In this document: positions 7,903 through 17,900 of the stretch, piece after piece | Numbering within the stretch: position 1 is the first letter of the stretch | Layout of the letters: every line of letters starts with the position of its first letter | Origin: a virus | Taxonomy: Duplodnaviria; Caudoviricetes | Direction: 5' to 3' (one strand) | Length of the DNA: 64,000 nt | IMG/VR virus record: IMGVR_UViG_3300012942_000002 | Span: 5,772-69,771 of that record | Translations under genes and position numbers: made by a program | Notes under the pieces: model-generated | What the model saw: the letters and a program-made list of their open reading frames with translations, nothing else | Database searches by the model: none | What the model was told of the DNA's origin: nothing

Positions 7903-10900
7903 CTATGCTACCCGACGGAGCCAGAGCGAGGAGTGCTCGTTGAGGACGGTCGCAGTCGCGTCAGAGATGCGCTGAGCCCACCTGAGCGTGAGATTGCCAG
8001 AGGTTCCAGCAGTGACCAGCGTGCCTCCGATCGTTGCACCGGTCGTCACGTTGAAGGTGAGGCTGTCAGAGATCAGCAGGGACGATCCGCTGTCGTTGTC
8101 GATGAAGATCATCTCTGCGCCAGAAGGGCCGGTGAAGCCAACAGCAAAACCACCCGAACCAGACGGCCTCCATACGAGCTGGGCTATCACGTTGTAGGTG
8201 GCGTTCGCCTCGACAGCCACAACGAGATGTGGGTCGGCTGCGAGAGTCGTCGTGCTCGCTCGTGACGTGTTAGCGGTCTTCCTGGCGAAGCGGTCCGAGC
8301 CGAGACCGGCCGTGACGTTGATGCCGCTGGAGAAGGTCTTGACACCTGATATGGACTGGTTGCCAGTGAGCTTCACGTTGGCACCGTCGAGCGTGTCGAC
8401 GTAGGACTTGCGCGTGAGCTGGTTCGCGGTCGTGGGGTCGGAGGCCGGTCCGACCGGGATGCTGGAGAAGGTCTTGATGCCGGCAACCGACTGGTCGCCA
8501 GTCAGCTTGACGACCGCACCGTCGAGCGCTGCGAGGTCGGCTACGACGTCGTCAACGTTGCCCTGAACAACCGCGATGCCGGAGTCGACATACAGCTTCC
8601 TGGTGAGCTGGTTGTCGGTCGTCGGGTCGCTGGCAGGCCCAACGGGGATGGATGAGAAGGTCTTGATCCCAGCGACGCTCTGATCGCCAGTGAGCTTGAC
8701 CACCTCTCCGTCAAGCGTGGAGATGGCTGTCGCGTTGGTCAAGTCCCCGGCATCCACGTAGGTCTTACGCGTCAGCTGGTTGCCTGTGGTCGGGTCCGAG
8801 GCCGGACCAACCGGAATGGACGAGAACGTCTTGACGCCTGCGACCGTCTGCGCTCCGGTGAGCTTGACGTTCTGTGCATCGAGCGTGTCCACGTAGCTCT
8901 TGCGGGTCGCCTGATTGGTCGTCGTCGGGTCCGACGCGGGGAGCACGGGGATGGACGAGAACGTCTTGATGCCAGCCACGGTCTGGTCGCCGGTCAGCTT
9001 CACAGCCGTGGCGTCGCCCGCGTCGACATACTGCTTCGTGGCGGCCTCAAGGGGCTGGTCCGGGTCGGCGGCGAGGACCAAGTCGCCCGTCATGGTGCCG
9101 CCCGTGAGGAGCAGAGCGAGCGAGAGGCTGTCGCCCGAACCGGCGGAGTTACCGCTCAGCCTGGCAGCCTGGATCACGCGGGCGTCCGCAGCGATCGAGA
9201 GATCGGTGCAGCTCTTCTTGGCAACCACATATCCGAGGAGCGTGGCGTCGGCCAGACTGGGGTTCTTGACGAACGTCTGGTTGCCGATCGCTGCGATGGC
9301 AGCATCCAGACTGGCGTACACCGTCTGTCCGTACTGGATGACGACCTGCTGCGTGACATCGTTGAGCGGCGTGATGTAGACGCGCTGGATTGTGGACGCG
9401 CCGGATCCGCCAGGCACGGCCGTGATCGTCCCGGCAACGTCGTACATCGTCGGATCCACGACGGTGACAGGAGCGACAGGGCTCGCCTGGACCTGCGTGA
9501 CATATCGCATCGAGACAGGATTCTGCGCAGCCGTAGTCGAGATGTGCGGATCGGAGGTGAGCGTCGATCCGGCGAAGTGGTTGAAGCCTCGGTTGAAGAC
9601 GGTGCCGGCAGTCTTGGCGAGCTGGAGGTTCGCTCCTGCGGGCTGGAGCAGGTTGCCTGACACGTTGAACGGTCCGAGCGCGTCCATCAGGTCGTACAGC
9701 TGGTTGAGCATCTGCGGCGGATAGTTCGGCAGGCTCTGATCCTGGATGATCCCGCCACCAGCGATCAGGACTCCGCCGAGCACCAGATGCGTGCGCCGCT
9801 GGGAGTTGGTCGGACGCGTCGTCTGCTGCGACAGCGTGCCCGTGCTGTCGATCAGGAGCCACGTGATGGGCTCCACCAGGTCCGTGATCGTTACGGTCGT
9901 AGCTGCGAACGTCACCTTGGTCACGGTCGGAGACGAGGGCGTCGTGACGTAGTCCACGATGACGCCGTACGTGTATCCGATGTCGACCTGTGTGTCGTCG
10001 ATCGCGTTGACGTTCAGCTCGCCACCGAGCAGGATGCCCGTCGACAGACCGAGCTGGGCCAGAAGCTCGGCATCGATCGTGTTGTCGACATACTGCTTGG
10101 GTGCAGCTTCGAGGTCCGTGGCCGGGTCGCCGGGCAGGACGAGCGGTCCGGTCATCGTGTCGCCAGTGATGGACACAGACTCGGCTGCGGCCGTCGCCTC
10201 GGCTGCGGACTGAGCGGCGTCGGCCTGCTGGTCTACATACTGCTGGGTGGCGGCGTGCAGCGGATCTGTCGGGTCAGCGTTGAGCGTCAGGAAGCCCGTC
10301 ATGGTGTCGCCCGCGACGGCGACCCTGGCGTCGTCTCCGTCGTCCACGTACTGCTTGCGCGTCGCCTCGTTGGCGGAGGTCGGGCTGCTAGCAGGCAGAA
10401 CAGGTATCGAGGAGAACGTCTTCACACCGGCAACAGTCTGGTTGCCGGTCAGCTTCACATTGGCCGAGTCCAGCGAGTCGACGTATGCCTTGCGAACAGC
10501 CTCGTTGGCAGCGATCGGGTCGATTCCCGGAAGCACAGGGATGGAGCTGAACGTCTTGATTCCGGCGATCGTCTGGTCGCCAGTGAGCTTGACGTTGGCG
10601 GAGTCGAGATTGTCGACATACCCCTTCGTGGCTGCCCCGAGAGCCACGGCCGGAGCGCCGCTGAGGATCAGCGGACCGGTCATGGTGTCGCCGTTCAGAG
10701 AAACAGATTCTGCAGCAGCCGTGGCCTCAGCGGCGGCCTGCGCAGCAGCAGCCTCGCTCTCCACGAACTGCTTCGTAGCAGCACCAAGAGCAGCGCTCGG
10801 ATCAGCGTTCAGGATGAGAGGCCCCGTCATGGTGTCTCCGCTGAGCGAGACCGACTCCGCAGCCGCCGTCGCTTCGGCGTCTGCCTGGGCCTGGTCGACG

Positions 10901-12141
10901 TACTGCTTCGTTGCAGCTCCGAGCGACACAACGGGGTCGGCGCTCAGGACGAGAGGACCAGTCATCGTGTCTCCGTCAAGAGACACGCTCTCTGCGTCGG
11001 CAGCAGCGATGGCGCTCGCTTCTGCTGCATCAACATACTGCTTCGTGGCCGCTCCGAGCGCGACAGAGGGGTCGGCGTTGAGGACCAGAGGGCCGGTCAT
11101 GGTGTCGCCAGACAGCGACACGCTCTCTGCGGCAGCAGCTGCCTCTGCATCAGCTTGGGCCTGGTCGACATACTGCTTGGTCGCTGCACCCAGAGCTGCT
11201 GTCGGGTCTGCGTTCAGCAGCAGCGGACCCGTCATAGTGTCGCCTGAGATCGACACCGACTCAGCCTCGGCCGCAGCCTGTGCTGCGGCAGCCTGTGCAT
11301 CGACATACTGCTTCGGAGCCGCTCCGAGTGCAGTGTTCGGGTCTCCGAAGAGAACCAGCTGTCCGGTCATGGTGTCACCCGCGACTGCGACGCGCGCCTC
11401 GTCGGCGGTGTCAACGTAGTCCTTCGTCGCGGCTCCGAGGCCCGTTGCCGGGGCTCCGCTCAGGATTAGCGGGCCTGTCATCGTGTCGCCGGACAAACTC
11501 ACCGACTCGGCTGCCGCAGCCGCCGTAGCGGCCGTTACGGCGTCCGCCTCCGCCTGGTCTACGTACTGCTTGGGAGCGGCCCCGAGCGCGACCGTGGGGT
11601 CGCCGAAGAGGACGAGCTCTCCGAGCATCGTGTCGCCACCGCGCTGCACGAAGTCCGTCGTGTCGGGGATGTGGTCGTCCACATACTTCTTGGTGGCCGC
11701 GTGCAGGTCTGCGGTCGGAGCACCCGGCAGCGTGAGAGCACCCGTCATGGTGTCGCCTGCCTTGCGGACGAACACAGTGTCGGGGTTGGTGATGTCGCCA
11801 GGCGTGAGGACGATCACGTCGTCCAGGAAGACGTTCGGGTTGTCCTTGGTGATGTCGATGTATCGCGTCCAGCCGGGCGCGTTGACGAACTCCGCGACGA
11901 CCGTGTAGGTCCATCCGGTCGGAGTGATGCCAGTCGCGTCCGGCGGAACGAGCGTGATGCTGAACTCGCCGTGGCAGAGCTCAGCCGGAGACTCACCACC
12001 GAAGATGTAGTCCTCGTCGCCGATGACGTTGAGGTCCGGGGCGATGAAGCGTAGGTGTCCACGGATGAGAGTGCCGTCGGGCAGCGTCATGGGAACGCCG
12101 CTGCTGACGGTTACTGTCTCGACTCCTTCGGGGATGGCCAC
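7903..12141 (-). CDS. repetitive tail fibre / receptor-binding protein
   Basis: 1412 aa; many GDTMTGxLxLxxDPxxxLxAATKxYVD and VKLTGxQxVAGxKTFSSIPV repeats typical of fibre shafts. Confidence 0.8.
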   Translation of the reverse strand: MAIPEGVETVTVSSGVPMTLPDGTLIRGHLRFIAPDLNVIGDEDYIFGGESPAELCHGEFSITLVPPDATGITPTGWTYTVVAEFVNAPGWTRYIDITKDNPNVFLDDVIVLTPGDITNPDTVFVRKAGDTMTGALTLPGAPTADLHAATKKYVDDHIPDTTDFVQRGGDTMLGELVLFGDPTVALGAAPKQYVDQAEADAVTAATAAAAAESVSLSGDTMTGPLILSGAPATGLGAATKDYVDTADEARVAVAGDTMTGQLVLFGDPNTALGAAPKQYVDAQAAAAQAAAEAESVSISGDTMTGPLLLNADPTAALGAATKQYVDQAQADAEAAAAAESVSLSGDTMTGPLVLNADPSVALGAATKQYVDAAEASAIAAADAESVSLDGDTMTGPLVLSADPVVSLGAATKQYVDQAQADAEATAAAESVSLSGDTMTGPLILNADPSAALGAATKQFVESEAAAAQAAAEATAAAESVSLNGDTMTGPLILSGAPAVALGAATKGYVDNLDSANVKLTGDQTIAGIKTFSSIPVLPGIDPIAANEAVRKAYVDSLDSANVKLTGNQTVAGVKTFSSIPVLPASSPTSANEATRKQYVDDGDDARVAVAGDTMTGFLTLNADPTDPLHAATQQYVDQQADAAQSAAEATAAAESVSITGDTMTGPLVLPGDPATDLEAAPKQYVDNTIDAELLAQLGLSTGILLGGELNVNAIDDTQVDIGYTYGVIVDYVTTPSSPTVTKVTFAATTVTITDLVEPITWLLIDSTGTLSQQTTRPTNSQRRTHLVLGGVLIAGGGIIQDQSLPNYPPQMLNQLYDLMDALGPFNVSGNLLQPAGANLQLAKTAGTVFNRGFNHFAGSTLTSDPHISTTAAQNPVSMRYVTQVQASPVAPVTVVDPTMYDVAGTITAVPGGSGASTIQRVYITPLNDVTQQVVIQYGQTVYASLDAAIAAIGNQTFVKNPSLADATLLGYVVAKKSCTDLSIAADARVIQAARLSGNSAGSGDSLSLALLLTGGTMTGDLVLAADPDQPLEAATKQYVDAGDATAVKLTGDQTVAGIKTFSSIPVLPASDPTTTNQATRKSYVDTLDAQNVKLTGAQTVAGVKTFSSIPVGPASDPTTGNQLTRKTYVDAGDLTNATAISTLDGEVVKLTGDQSVAGIKTFSSIPVGPASDPTTDNQLTRKLYVDSGIAVVQGNVDDVVADLAALDGAVVKLTGDQSVAGIKTFSSIPVGPASDPTTANQLTRKSYVDTLDGANVKLTGNQSISGVKTFSSGINVTAGLGSDRFARKTANTSRASTTTLAADPHLVVAVEANATYNVIAQLVWRPSGSGGFAVGFTGPSGAEMIFIDNDSGSSLLISDSLTFNVTTGATIGGTLVTAGTSGNLTLRWAQRISDATATVLNEHSSLWLRRVA

Positions 12142-12160
12142 GGCTGAGCTCCTCCAGGTT

Positions 12161-12394
12161 CTACTTCGTGTCGGTCTCGTCGGCGGTGTTGAGGAAGCCC
12201 ATCAGCTTCTGGCCGATCTCGGACGCCATGAAGCGCGTCACGACACCGGCCACAGCGACGACGCCAGCGAGCCAGCCCGCCGCCTCAGTCCCGCCGACCT
12301 GGTCGACGAGGATCGGAGCGACGACCGCCAGGCCGACGATCGTCTGGATGATGGTTCTGATGGTGACCTTGCTCTTGGTCGAGAGTCTGACCAT
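12161..12394 (-). CDS. holin
   Basis: Two predicted TM segments, directly downstream of the endolysin. Confidence 0.75.
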   Translation of the reverse strand: MVRLSTKSKVTIRTIIQTIVGLAVVAPILVDQVGGTEAAGWLAGVVAVAGVVTRFMASEIGQKLMGFLNTADETDTK

Positions 12395-12403
12395 GCTGCC
12401 TCC

Positions 12404-13336
12404 TCAGGCGACGACGTCGAAGCCGTACTTGGCTCCGAGCTTCTTGAGCGAGTCCATGCCGGGGATGCCGTCGGCGTCTCCGCCCGGCTTGGTGCTCGCA
12501 CCGGGGTACAGCTTGAGCTGCCACCGGCTGTAGGCGGCCACGGTGGTCGAGCCGAACGAGCCGTCGCCCGCGTAGGTCTTCGACATGAGCCCCTCGCGGA
12601 CGAGGGCGTTCTCGACCAGGTTGGTGCCCGCCATGTACGTGACGTGGCCCTGAGCGGCACCAGGGTCGGTCTTGGCGGCCGTGACGAGACGGCTCAGGTC
12701 GACCTTCGGCTTGCTCGGCGTGGGAGCCGGAGCCGGGGCGGAGCCGGGCTTGGTGGCGAGCTGCACCTTGACGGCGGCACGGAAGTCGTCCATGTCGAAC
12801 GTCGGGTCGATCTTGCCGGGCTGAACCTCCTTGTGGCCCGCGACCGACTTCTCGGTCCAGCCGTGCTTGCGGCACAGCGCGGCGGCCCACTTGACGGCGA
12901 TGGCGTACTGCGACGCGGGCCACGGGTCCTTGCCGTCGCCGTAGTTCTCCATCTCCAGTCCGTACAGGAGGTCGTTGCCGTCCATGTCGGCGTAGTCGTC
13001 CCTGGGCAGCGTGGTCTCGGCGATGAGCGCGTCGATCACGTCGCTGTCGACCAGACCGGCGTGGTTCGCCCGTCCGTGCCCGATCATCCAGAGACCTGCG
13101 GTCTTGCCGAGCCAGGAGTGGCAGAGCGGACCGGGGAGTGCGCTGCTACCCCGATAGCAGTACTCCATGTCGTCGTGTCCGGCGGTGTGGTGGATGAGCA
13201 CGCCGTGCACCGGGCCGAACGTCTTGCCCGTGGCCGCATCGCGGTTGTGCGTCCGCCAGCCGCTGTGCTCGTGCACATCGATCCCCTCGGCCCGAAGGAC
13301 CGTGAGGATGGTGTCTGCACTCAGTGGAGTGGCCAT
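12404..13336 (-). CDS. endolysin, N-acetylmuramoyl-L-alanine amidase with C-terminal cell-wall-binding domain
   Basis: VLIHHTAG, GRANHAG, GLEMEN, GHKE...KIDP; PAPAP linker; DGSFG and DGIPG repeats. Confidence 0.9.
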   Translation of the reverse strand: MATPLSADTILTVLRAEGIDVHEHSGWRTHNRDAATGKTFGPVHGVLIHHTAGHDDMEYCYRGSSALPGPLCHSWLGKTAGLWMIGHGRANHAGLVDSDVIDALIAETTLPRDDYADMDGNDLLYGLEMENYGDGKDPWPASQYAIAVKWAAALCRKHGWTEKSVAGHKEVQPGKIDPTFDMDDFRAAVKVQLATKPGSAPAPAPTPSKPKVDLSRLVTAAKTDPGAAQGHVTYMAGTNLVENALVREGLMSKTYAGDGSFGSTTVAAYSRWQLKLYPGASTKPGGDADGIPGMDSLKKLGAKYGFDVVA

Positions 13337-13502
13337 ACTTGCTCCCTGCTTTCTCCCCCGTCGTGTGTTCCGACGCCAATCATACCCGAACATGGCCGCC
13401 GGAGAGCATCCGTAAAACGGCGTAGAGGCCCGCGTAGCGGCCCCGTAGCTCAGGGTCGGTACGCGGGCCTCAGCGGCAGCCGTTCGGGCCTTACGCGGGC
13501 TC

Positions 13503-13706
13503 TCAGCCCTTCGGGGTCGAACCCGGAATCAGGTTGACCACGGAAGCGATCACCGCCGCTCCTGTCCCGTACCGCCAGTACTCCAGCGCTCTGATCCTCG
13601 ACCGGAAGTCGGTCCGGTCCTCGCGCGTCCTCTCCAAGATCTGGTCGACCTTGGTTTCGATCCGGGCCAACCGCTCCGGGATCGAGTCGTCAGAGGGGGT
13701 AGACAT
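13503..13706 (-). CDS. small coiled-coil membrane protein (lysis-associated)
   Basis: ERLARIETKVD...RIRALE followed by a C-terminal TM segment. Confidence 0.7.
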   Translation of the reverse strand: MSTPSDDSIPERLARIETKVDQILERTREDRTDFRSRIRALEYWRYGTGAAVIASVVNLIPGSTPKG

Positions 13707-13772
13707 CGCGTAGGCTCCTTTCAGCTGACCCCGTGAATCCTACCCATCGGACGGAAAGCGCGTTCTGCTGGG

Positions 13773-14066
13773 CTACGACATCGGGTCGACGATCGGAAAG
13801 GACTCGTCGTACCTGCAGATGAACTGCCTCGTCATGTTGACCTCGCAGAGCGGGAAAAGCTCCTCGAACTTGGACTTGTACGCCTCCATTGCAGCGTACA
13901 TCGCCTCGACCTCTGCCTCGACCTGTGGGCTGGCAGGCTGCCCCGATTCGCTGGTTGATATGTCGTAGTGCAGCCTGCTCGAAACCTCAAGGGTCGGCCC
14001 CAGCCCTCCCGAGACAGAGATGATGAAGTCGAGCCCGTATGCACCGTCGGGGATTTCAACACTCAT
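13773..14066 (-). CDS. hypothetical protein
   Basis: GGAGG RBS; continues the operon. Confidence 0.65.
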   Translation of the reverse strand: MSVEIPDGAYGLDFIISVSGGLGPTLEVSSRLHYDISTSESGQPASPQVEAEVEAMYAAMEAYKSKFEELFPLCEVNMTRQFICRYDESFPIVDPMS

Positions 14067-14081
14067 ATGCGATTCCTCCTG

Positions 14082-14513
14082 CTAGTCGTTCTCGCTGATC
14101 CATTCGGCAAAGAAGTTCACAGTGTTGTTGTCGCTCATCGCAGAGTTGGGCGACATCGTCTTGATGGTGCATGTTCCGTTTGACAGGATCGTGATCGATC
14201 CGTCGCGGGTTCCGCTGCTGTCGAACGACGTCGTAACGGTTTCCGGAGGACGCCATCCCACCGGGAGAGTGCAGCACAGCACGTCCGGAGTGATGTTCCC
14301 AGCAGACGTGGCGGTGACCTCGGCGATGTTTGCGTTGCCAGGGTCGTTACGGAGAACTGTGACGTTCACCGTCGTCACTCCGTTGACCTTCTTCCCGTTG
14401 AAGGTCGGACCGTCGAACCTCGTGGCGGTAACAAGGCCAGCCGTCGTGGTCTCGTCGGCCGTGTTGTCGTTCAGGCGGTCCTCTGTTATGCGCATGCCGG
14501 CAAGCCACTGCAC
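14082..14513 (-). CDS. small minor tail protein (paralog 2)
   Basis: WLAGMRIT N-terminus, LPVGWRP motif. Confidence 0.7.
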   Translation of the reverse strand: MQWLAGMRITEDRLNDNTADETTTAGLVTATRFDGPTFNGKKVNGVTTVNVTVLRNDPGNANIAEVTATSAGNITPDVLCCTLPVGWRPPETVTTSFDSSGTRDGSITILSNGTCTIKTMSPNSAMSDNNTVNFFAEWISEND

Positions 14514-14522
14514 CGCGTCCTC

Positions 14523-14933
14523 CTAGTTGTTCTGGCTGATCCAGCCGATGCTCATGCTGATCGTGTTGTTGAACGTCATGGTTCTCGTCGCGCTGAGAGT
14601 CTGGAGTCGAACGAGACCAGAGCTCAGAACTCCGACGGCTCCCTTAGCGACTCCTGCGAGGTCGAACACTCCTATCACGGTCTCGTCGGGACGCCATTCT
14701 TCAGGCAGGAATCCTACCTGTTGATCTGCAATGTTCCCCGCAGAGTTTGCGGTGACATCGCTCCCGGCCCATCCCAGGACCAGATAGATCATCGTCTTGC
14801 CGCTGACCTTCTCGCCGAGGAAGCTTCGGACTACGGCGTTGTCTGTCGGAGCGAATCCAGAGCTGATTCTGGCATCGACAGTGTAGTCGCGCATCATGTC
14901 CGGCGTGAGGCGCATACCTGCAAGCTTACGCAT
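14523..14933 (-). CDS. small minor tail protein (paralog 1)
   Basis: KLAGMRLT N-terminus, LPEEWRP motif. Confidence 0.7.
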   Translation of the reverse strand: MRKLAGMRLTPDMMRDYTVDARISSGFAPTDNAVVRSFLGEKVSGKTMIYLVLGWAGSDVTANSAGNIADQQVGFLPEEWRPDETVIGVFDLAGVAKGAVGVLSSGLVRLQTLSATRTMTFNNTISMSIGWISQNN

Positions 14934-14944
14934 TGCCCTCCCTC

Positions 14945-17900
14945 CTACATCTGTACATAGCTCGGAATGGCAAGCCTAGCGTCCTCGCCCGTCGCATGCG
15001 ACTTGATGACGTTGTTCTCCGACCTCGTCACGTTGAACCTCTGATTGCGCACAGTCTCGAAGTTGTCGTACGAGAACACCGTGTTCGAGTTGGTGCTTCC
15101 GGATCCGAGGATCGTCCTTACGCCAACGCTTCCAGCGGCCGTGAGAGAGGTGTCCGTCACCTCGGCGTGCCATTGGCGAGGCTCTGTCGTTGTGGCGACA
15201 GGCCACGCCTTCGCCTTGAGAGTCGACCCCTGGATGAGCAGCCTGATCCCGAACACCCTGTCAACCGCGTGCTCCCATGGAAGCGTAACGCTGATGAGGT
15301 CGCTTTGCGATCCTCCGACCCGCTTCTGGATAACGAGCGACACAGCCTGGTTCGTCTGGAATGCTATGCGGGCATAGTAGCTGTTGTTGGCATCGGTCCA
15401 TCGGCCTACAACTCCGCAGAACTGCGACGCACCCGTGGCCAGCGCCGACGACGACACGTGCGCTCGGATGTCCTGATCGGTGTGGTTTGCAGGCGTCGTG
15501 CTGTAGCGCGACACGTTGACGCTCGTCATGGTGTGAGTTCCAGCCGAGCCGGTCGTGTCGTAGTCAGTGCTCGCGCCACCCGTGTTGGTCCACGCAGCGC
15601 CGCTCTCACTGGTCCCCCAGCTGTCTGAGAGCGTCCTGGAGAACGTGTCTCGAATGGCAGACGCGCTCACGCTGGTGAGCCTGGCAGCCCAGATGTAGTA
15701 CACATCGTCAGCATCTGCAGCTGCACCGTAGCGAATGCGAATCCTGTAGCGATCGGCGTTCGCAGGAGCCGTCGGAGTGGCGCTGACCCATACCCATGTG
15801 CGAGCAGGAGCAACGACTGCAGTTGCACCAGACGTCGACAGATAGGTACCAGCCGAGTCGTACCAGTCGGCCACGGCTCGGAAGTCGCTGAAACCGTTGG
15901 GCGAGTAGACCCAGGCACCGATCGCGTACACGACGCCGGGCTCGATCGATCCAACGGGCGACAACTCTGACAGAGGGCCTCCAGCGCTGAAGCCTCCGGA
16001 TGGCGTGAACTTGAGGGAGCCTCGTGCACGAGGATCGGGATGCACGACCTCCTGGCTCCATACGGACGCCCCGTTCTGAGCGACCCATGGACCGATGCTC
16101 GTGTCGAACAGGACCTCGTCGTTGATGGGGCCACGAGGTCCGAGCACCGTCACGACCTCTCCGCCAACGCGAACGTCATACGGGCTGTCGAACAAGTCCG
16201 AAGTCCATTCGAATTCGGACGTGGTGAAGAGCTCGATCTCGGAGTCGGTAGTCGTGGCGGTAGCCCCGGTCACGCATCCTGCGGTGTCAAGCCTCGCTTG
16301 CGTGTTGGTCTCGCCATTCAGGAATACCTGTCCAGCCGTCCACGGCTCTCCGGGGATGCAGTTGAACGTGATGCTCCACTCGTCAGGTCCGATGGTCTCT
16401 GAGTACCCCTGGACGATTACGTCAACGGGTCCAGGACCATGGTCCTTGGGGATGTTCAGAAGCCTGATCTTGTCACCGACGTCCGCGCGCAGGATCTTGT
16501 GCAGCATCGCGTAGACGCGCTTGTTCGCGAGGTCCAGCGTGATGCGCGTGTACCTGACGCCGTTGTACGTGCCGAGGTGCAGTCGCATGTACGCAGCGCT
16601 GCTAATCCCTTCGTTGGTGTCGAGGATGTAGTCGTACTCGACGTCGTATCGCCCGACTCCGTTCGGCGGGTCCTGGACTGAAAGGTCTCCCTCCTCCAGG
16701 ACATACCTGATCGGAGACCCGGTGCGAGTCCCGCTGACAGTGACGTCGTTCTCGGTGAGCTTGTCGTCGTCGACCGGCTTGAAGGGTGATCCGATGACTC
16801 CGTTGGTGAAGTCCAGCTCGAACACGGGAGCCTGGTTCCAGAGCGTGCTCTGTCCTCGATGGTAGATTTCGAGAGCGTCTCGTCGCTCCAGCAGGTATCC
16901 GAAGTTGGCGTCTGAAGCCGACTGGAGAAGCTCAAGCAGCTTCTTGCGCTCCTGGAGACTCAGCGTTGCTTCATCGCCGGGATCGCCAGAGATGGATACC
17001 GTGTATCCGCTCTCGTTGCAGAGACGCTCGATTCGCTCGCTCGTCAGCTCTCCAGGGAACCCCTGATACGCCTCATAGAACTCTGCCGCCGTCGGACCGC
17101 CGCTCCCTGCCCAAAACGTCAGATAGCCGCAACCCTGGTTGACGTTGTCTGTTCCGTCAGGACCGGTCGTGTAAATCATTGCATACTGGACGGTGCGCAG
17201 CGGCTTCATCGTGAACGGAACGGTTCCAGACTCCCGAAACTCGCCGTCCAGATAGAGGTCGATCGCGACAGATCCGCCAAGATCTGTTCCTTTGATCCTG
17301 ATGTGATGCGACTCACCATCGAAGATTTCGGGGCACGGGAAGTTGGGGCTCCAGATCTGCCCCTGGGACGAGGAGTCGTCCTCTCGATATTCCCACAAGG
17401 CTGCTATCCAGAGGCCTGATGTTCCACTCTGACTGATGAGTCCGAATGACAGCTCCACCTGAGGGCTTGCGTTACTTCCCGCCCCTTCGTCTGTGAAGAC
17501 GAGTTGGTTGAACGGCTGGTACTTGCCGGACAGATTGAAGATCATGTCGACAGACCAGTCGCCACTGGTGTCTCGCGGCACGAGGCCGGTGAGGACGTTG
17601 TCCTGCTCCTTCACCGTCTGGAATGTGGGCTCCAACCAGTCTGTCTGCTGAGCCTTTCCAAACGAGCCGAACGTCGTACCGTCACCAGCAAGCGAAAGTG
17701 AGATGGGTGTTCCACCGACGAGCGAGTAGCCCTCCTGGAGCCCAGAGCCATCCGTCATGGGCCAGCACTCGGTGGGCTGCTGCTGCGTGAGCCAGCGAAG
17801 CAGGGCCGAGTCGATCGGCTTGTTGCCGGCATCCATGCGACGCGTAATGCCGGTCGGAGCGATCGACGTGTAAACCGCATTGCCAGTCAGGTCACGAGTC

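Noticed and set aside
8300-11780. Regularly spaced DNA repeats that could suggest a CRISPR array
   Set aside because: They are degenerate at third codon positions and encode protein repeats in the tail fibre ORF; no cas operon is present.
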